Below are positions 59,286-64,000 of a stretch of DNA of 64,000 nucleotides, piece after piece. The position numbers and the translations under genes were made by a program. The notes below the pieces were generated by a model that did not search any database, had not been told where the DNA came from, and saw nothing but the letters and a program-made list of their open reading frames with translations. Every line of letters begins with the position of its first letter. Positions within the stretch are counted from its first letter, which is position 1. Origin of the DNA: Rhina ancylostomus (lineage: Eukaryota); assembly GCA_030265395.1 (NCBI GenBank), contig JARFYF010000012.1:35951277-36015276 (forward strand). Reading direction: 5' to 3'.

Positions 59286-61739
59286 NNNNNNNNNNNNNNN
59301 NNNNNNNNNNNNNNNNNNNNNNNNNNNNNNNNNNNNNNNNNNNNNNNNNNNNNNNNNNNNNNNNNNNNNNNNNNNNNNNNNNNNNCTGATTGTCTCTAAT
59401 CATTACTTTGAAGTCTGCAAAAGGGACTTGTATTTCAAGCAAGATGTAAGCAAATTATTTTTGGTATGATCTTTCTCAGTAGGATTTCAGAACAGTTTGA
59501 AGTTGAATGGCCAACCACTCATCTGTAAATCAAAAGGAATAGAAAGTTAAAAGGATACACAAGGTATAACTGACTAATAAATTCATTAGAAACTTCTGAA
59601 TGGATTGTTCTAGCCATTTGAGAGAAACTATTAACATCCTCACAAATCCTGTTTATTGGGATATGATTCCTCCAACAAAATGACAATGGTCTCTATTTCT
59701 ATAATGCATTTACCATCCCAAAACATCAGTGGGTACTTCCCAAATCAAGAATGTGTATCGAGACACAGAGCTTCATATTGGATGGGCTAAACAAATGACA
59801 GACCAACTAGCTGGGTTTTAAGTCTTAGAGAGTGCACAATTCAGAAGGGTTGAAAGAGGGAACAGCAGATATGAAGAGACAAAGGGAGGAGATATANNNN
59901 NNNNNNNNNNNNNNNNNNNNNNNNNNNNNNNNNNNNNNNNNNNNNNNNNNNNNNNNNNNNNNNNNNNNNNNNNNNNNNNNNNNNNNNNNNNNNNATCTAA
60001 ACATTGGGATTAAAATATTAAACAAGTTTGGTTGATGTTGTATCTACCTTGGCTTTAGTTTGAAAAGATAAAACTAAGATCAATTTCACGAGTATATCAC
60101 CTGATCACTCAACAAAAAAAAAATCAATTTTTGACTGAAATTTATCAGATGGTATTTCAGTTCTTTTTACTTACAAGACCAGAACTCTGAGGAATCTGTG
60201 TGCCTCCTCTGTACAAACAAATCAGAAAAAAATTGTTCTTACTTTCTCAATGCATAAAGATCAAAATGCCGCCTATGGATCTTCTTGATGCTCTATTTAT
60301 TTTTTTAATTCTTTCCCTGATCCAGTGGTACTTAGCAATCAAAAACTGAAACACCTGGATGTTTCCAAAATTAAAGACAAATGTAATAAAAAGATGAAAG
60401 ATTGAGAATGCAGAAAATAGCTGGGTGAATTTGCTCCATGCATGTAGGCTACCAAATCCTGCAAAAGGGTAGAAGTTCCACCCTGCACAAAACGCTACAG
60501 GTGGATGGGCTTTGCAGCAGAATTCTGATGTTTAGGCACACTTGTCCACCCACTGCAAACTGCACCCATCCAATTTTGCACATTGAAATTGAGGCACCAG
60601 ACAGACATTAAGTCTGTCTGACTGGGTTAAGGGTCAGTAAAGGTTGGTGGCTGTTGGTCACAGGGAGGAGGGAGACATTGTTCCTCAAACTGGTGGTGGG
60701 GGTGGAAAGAACAAGGAAAGGTTCAGTGCCATTGACCAGGCAAGGCTCACGCCAAGATTAGGATGGTCAAAGATTCAAGTGAGGGGCAAAGACTGAAGAT
60801 CTAGGCTGCCATTGGTGGGCTGGAGGGGGATTTGTAATGCTGTGGTCTGGTCCTCAGAAGATCTGCATCAGAAATGACACGAGGGATGGTCAATAGAATG
60901 GAGAAGGCAGGGCAGATGGTTGGTGAGAAGTGGCAGTCATGACAGAATAATCAAAACTAAAAGACTTGCGTGACATGGGTCTCTGATCAATTTTGTGATA
61001 GCAAGATCCAGTTGTCGAGTAATTGTCAAACAAGCTTTGCACCTGAGAAAATATGGTCCAAGCACCTCATGCACCCCTGATGCAATGCAGCAAAGGTGAC
61101 TCATGCCCAATGGTGCTGTGGAAAAATAGATTTGCTAAGCTGTCATATCAAATGATTATGATGCCTAAATATTTGTTAGTCGATATGGGTCAATTAAAAC
61201 AAAAGGCAGCAGAAAATCAAGACTTGGTGCAGAATGAATCAAAGGAAAAGGGATTTTAAAAAATCCTACTCTGCAATTTCATGGATCTAAATGATTACAT
61301 TTTACAAAATAAATTTCAAAGACTATGAATTCCAAAGATCTAAATGGAGTACAAATATACTTATGATTTGAAAAGATGTTTTTTTCTCCAATTTCAATCA
61401 GTTCCCAAATTCATCAACCAGCTACTTGGAGAATATATATATTTTTTTAAAGTTGTGGAGAATGGATAAGGTAGATTCCTATTATGAAATTAGGCATAGC
61501 TTTCATATACAGAGGTATCATTCTCCAATGTCCAGCCAGAAAGCTACCCAATTATGTTATGCCTATAGGATTACTGATGCCATTTGAGTAGATGCAGTTT
61601 ACAAAGTGACAGACAATTTATGTAGGAACACTGTTCAAGAACTGTAATGTCAAGCAAATTAGTAAAATACATACTTAGGGCAGAAAAATACACACTAAGG
61701 ACATACTTACCTTCCCCCCCTACCCCCCCCCAAGATTCT

Positions 61740-63950
61740 GTACATCACTGATAAAGACAGCATTTATTGCCCATTCTTAATTGCTCGAGAAGATGGTAGT
61801 GAGCCTCCTTTCTTGAATAGCTGCAGTCCTTCTGGCGAAGGTACTCTCACAACACTATTGGGGAGGGAGTGCCAGGATTTATGACCAGCAACAATAACAG
61901 GAACAGCAATATATTTCCAATTCAAGATGGTGCGCAACTTCAAGAAGAACATACCAGTGGTGCTGGTCCCTTGGACCTGAAGCCCGTCCTTTTTGGTGGA
62001 ACTTTTCCAAGTTCCATAGATACTGTTGCAGTAGCCCAATTGAGTCACTGCAGTGTATTTTATCAGTGGTACTCACTGAAGACACTGGTGGTGGTGGAGG
62101 GAATAAATGTCTGGGGTGGTAGATGGGATACCAATGAAGCAGGGTGCTTGGTCCTGGATGGTGTCAAACCTGTTTGAGCTGCACACATACAAGCAAGTGG
62201 AGAGTACACCATCACACTCATGACTTGTGCCTTGTAATGGTAGAAAGGCTTTGCTGTGACAGGAAGCGAGTCACTCACCACAGGATACCCAGTCCCTGAT
62301 CTACTCTTGGATGAATCAAAGAACTAAATTCTTGTAGCCAAAGCATTTATGCATGGTCCAGTCGAGCTTTTAGTCAATGTGACCACGTTGATGGTAGGGG
62401 ACTCAACAATCAATAGCATTACCATCACCAAAGGTAAGTGGTTAGTCTGTCTCTTGTTGGAGGGGATTTTTACCTGGTACTTTCGTTGCACATATGTTAC
62501 TAGTCACTTATCAGCCCTCACCCGAATTTTGTCTGGGTCTTGCTGCATGCAGGTGTGAACTGCTTCACTTGCTGAGAACATGCAAACGAAATTGTGCAAT
62601 CACTGGTGAATATCCCCACATTTGACATCATGACTGCAATTTCCACATTGTCAGATATATGCCAGTGTTGTAATTGTACTTGTCGGACTTAGATAGAAAC
62701 ACAGCAAGTTTTGATACACAGGTTTTCAGCACCACAGGAGACATGCTCTCTAGGTCCCATAGGCTAGGTTACAAGAATGGCATTCATAGCCATTTCTTCA
62801 TCATCACATGGAGTAAATCAAATAGTCTGATATCTGGCTTCTATGTTGATGAGAATCTCAGGGAAAACAGAGATGGTTCATGCCTTCAGCATTCTAGCTG
62901 AACACACTTGCAAATGGTTCAGCCTTGTCTTTAATACTCACATGTTGGGCCCCACCAACAATGAAGATGGGGATGTTCTTGGTACCTTTTTCTTATCCAT
63001 TTAACTGTCCTCCCCAATTTACAATTAGATGTAACAGGATTGCAGAACTTTGATCTGATGTGCTGGGTGTGAGATTGTTTAGCTCCAAGTATTGCATACT
63101 GTCTAATGGACATGCAGTCCTGTGTTTCAACTTCTTCAGGTTGACGCCTCATTTTAAGATGAGCCTTCTGCTGCTTACAGCATGCCCATCCACATTCTTC
63201 CTTGAACCAGGGTTGATCTCATTGTTCGATCATAAGTGCAGAGTGAGGAATATTTCACACCACAAGGACAAAGATTGTGCTGATTTACATTTCTGCTGCT
63301 GTTGGTGATCCACAGCTCCCCATGGACACCCAGTTTTTAAGATGCAAGTTCTAAGTTTATCCTACTTATCACAACTGTAGGGCCACACAATACAATGGTG
63401 TTAAAACAGGACCTTGCCTCCACAAGTTATATGCAGTGGATACTTCCACCAATGCTATTATTATGTAAGGATGCTTCTCACATGGGTAGAAAGGGCCAAG
63501 TAGATTTATCCCTTCCATTTGTTTACTCACTACTTGCAACAGGCTCAGTCTGGCAGCTATGCCCTTCAAGGCTTAATCAGCTCAATCAGTGGGAATGCTG
63601 CCAAAACACTCACTGACATGGACACTGAAATCATCCACCAAAGGTACAATCATTGCTTGTTCCAAGGTTTAGTTAATATGCAAGACCATTGATTCATCAT
63701 CTGGAGGAGGATGATAAGACATAACCAGAAGTAGGTTTCCTTCCACATATTTAATTTGCTGCCATATCATGGGGTCTGCAGTCAACGTTGAGGGTTACTC
63801 CCTCTGGCCACAGCAACACTGTGCCACCTCCTCTGATGGACTTGTCCTGTGAGACGAGCACCACCGGATTGTGATGGAAGAGTCTGGAAATATAGGAGTA
63901 AGGTATGAATCTGTGAGAATGACCATGTCAGGGTGTTCCTCGTCTTATCT
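61740..63950 (-). mobile_element. Family-B LINE, long decayed copy
   Basis: Tail acagcatttattgcccattcttaattgctc at 61757; ORF 62063-62281 has YKAQVMSVMVYSPLACMCAA; APE region at 63600-63950. Confidence 0.85.
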
Positions 63951-64000
63951 GCATGACATAAAGACAGGAAATTCTGGAAACATTCAGCAGATCGGGCAGC

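Noticed and set aside
60598-60620. 9-bp perfect hairpin cagacagac-attaa-gtctgtctg
   Set aside because: Short and low-complexity. A few such stems are expected by chance or within MITE debris, and bacterial-type terminators are irrelevant here.

Overview
This is non-coding vertebrate DNA from a gapped draft assembly, most likely an elasmobranch (shark or ray). That assignment is inferred from the repeat repertoire: V-domain tRNA-SINEs, Deu-domain SINEs, CR1, L2, Rex1/Babar and Penelope-like elements (PLEs). I found no recognisable host protein-coding gene, rRNA, true tRNA or CRISPR array. Every ORF-track entry I can identify is a decayed retrotransposon fragment, and the longest ORFs (up to 330 aa) are N-gap artefacts. 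The window is best read as a large intron or gene desert, roughly half filled by nested, decayed transposons. The most interesting items are: (1) minimal hammerhead-ribozyme motifs in PLE ends, plus a family of short fold-back elements built from two PLE ends; (2) a ~100-bp insertion with a 14-bp target-site-like duplication that is an inverted copy of DNA 1.4 kb away; (3) a SINE that shares both its tRNA-like head and its tail with a local LINE family; (4) very old Harbinger-, Myb/SANT- and hAT-like relics; (5) repeat-free, motif-dense or fold-back segments that are conserved-enhancer candidates. Family assignments come from by-eye motif recognition, and boundaries of old elements are approximate (about +/-50 bp).
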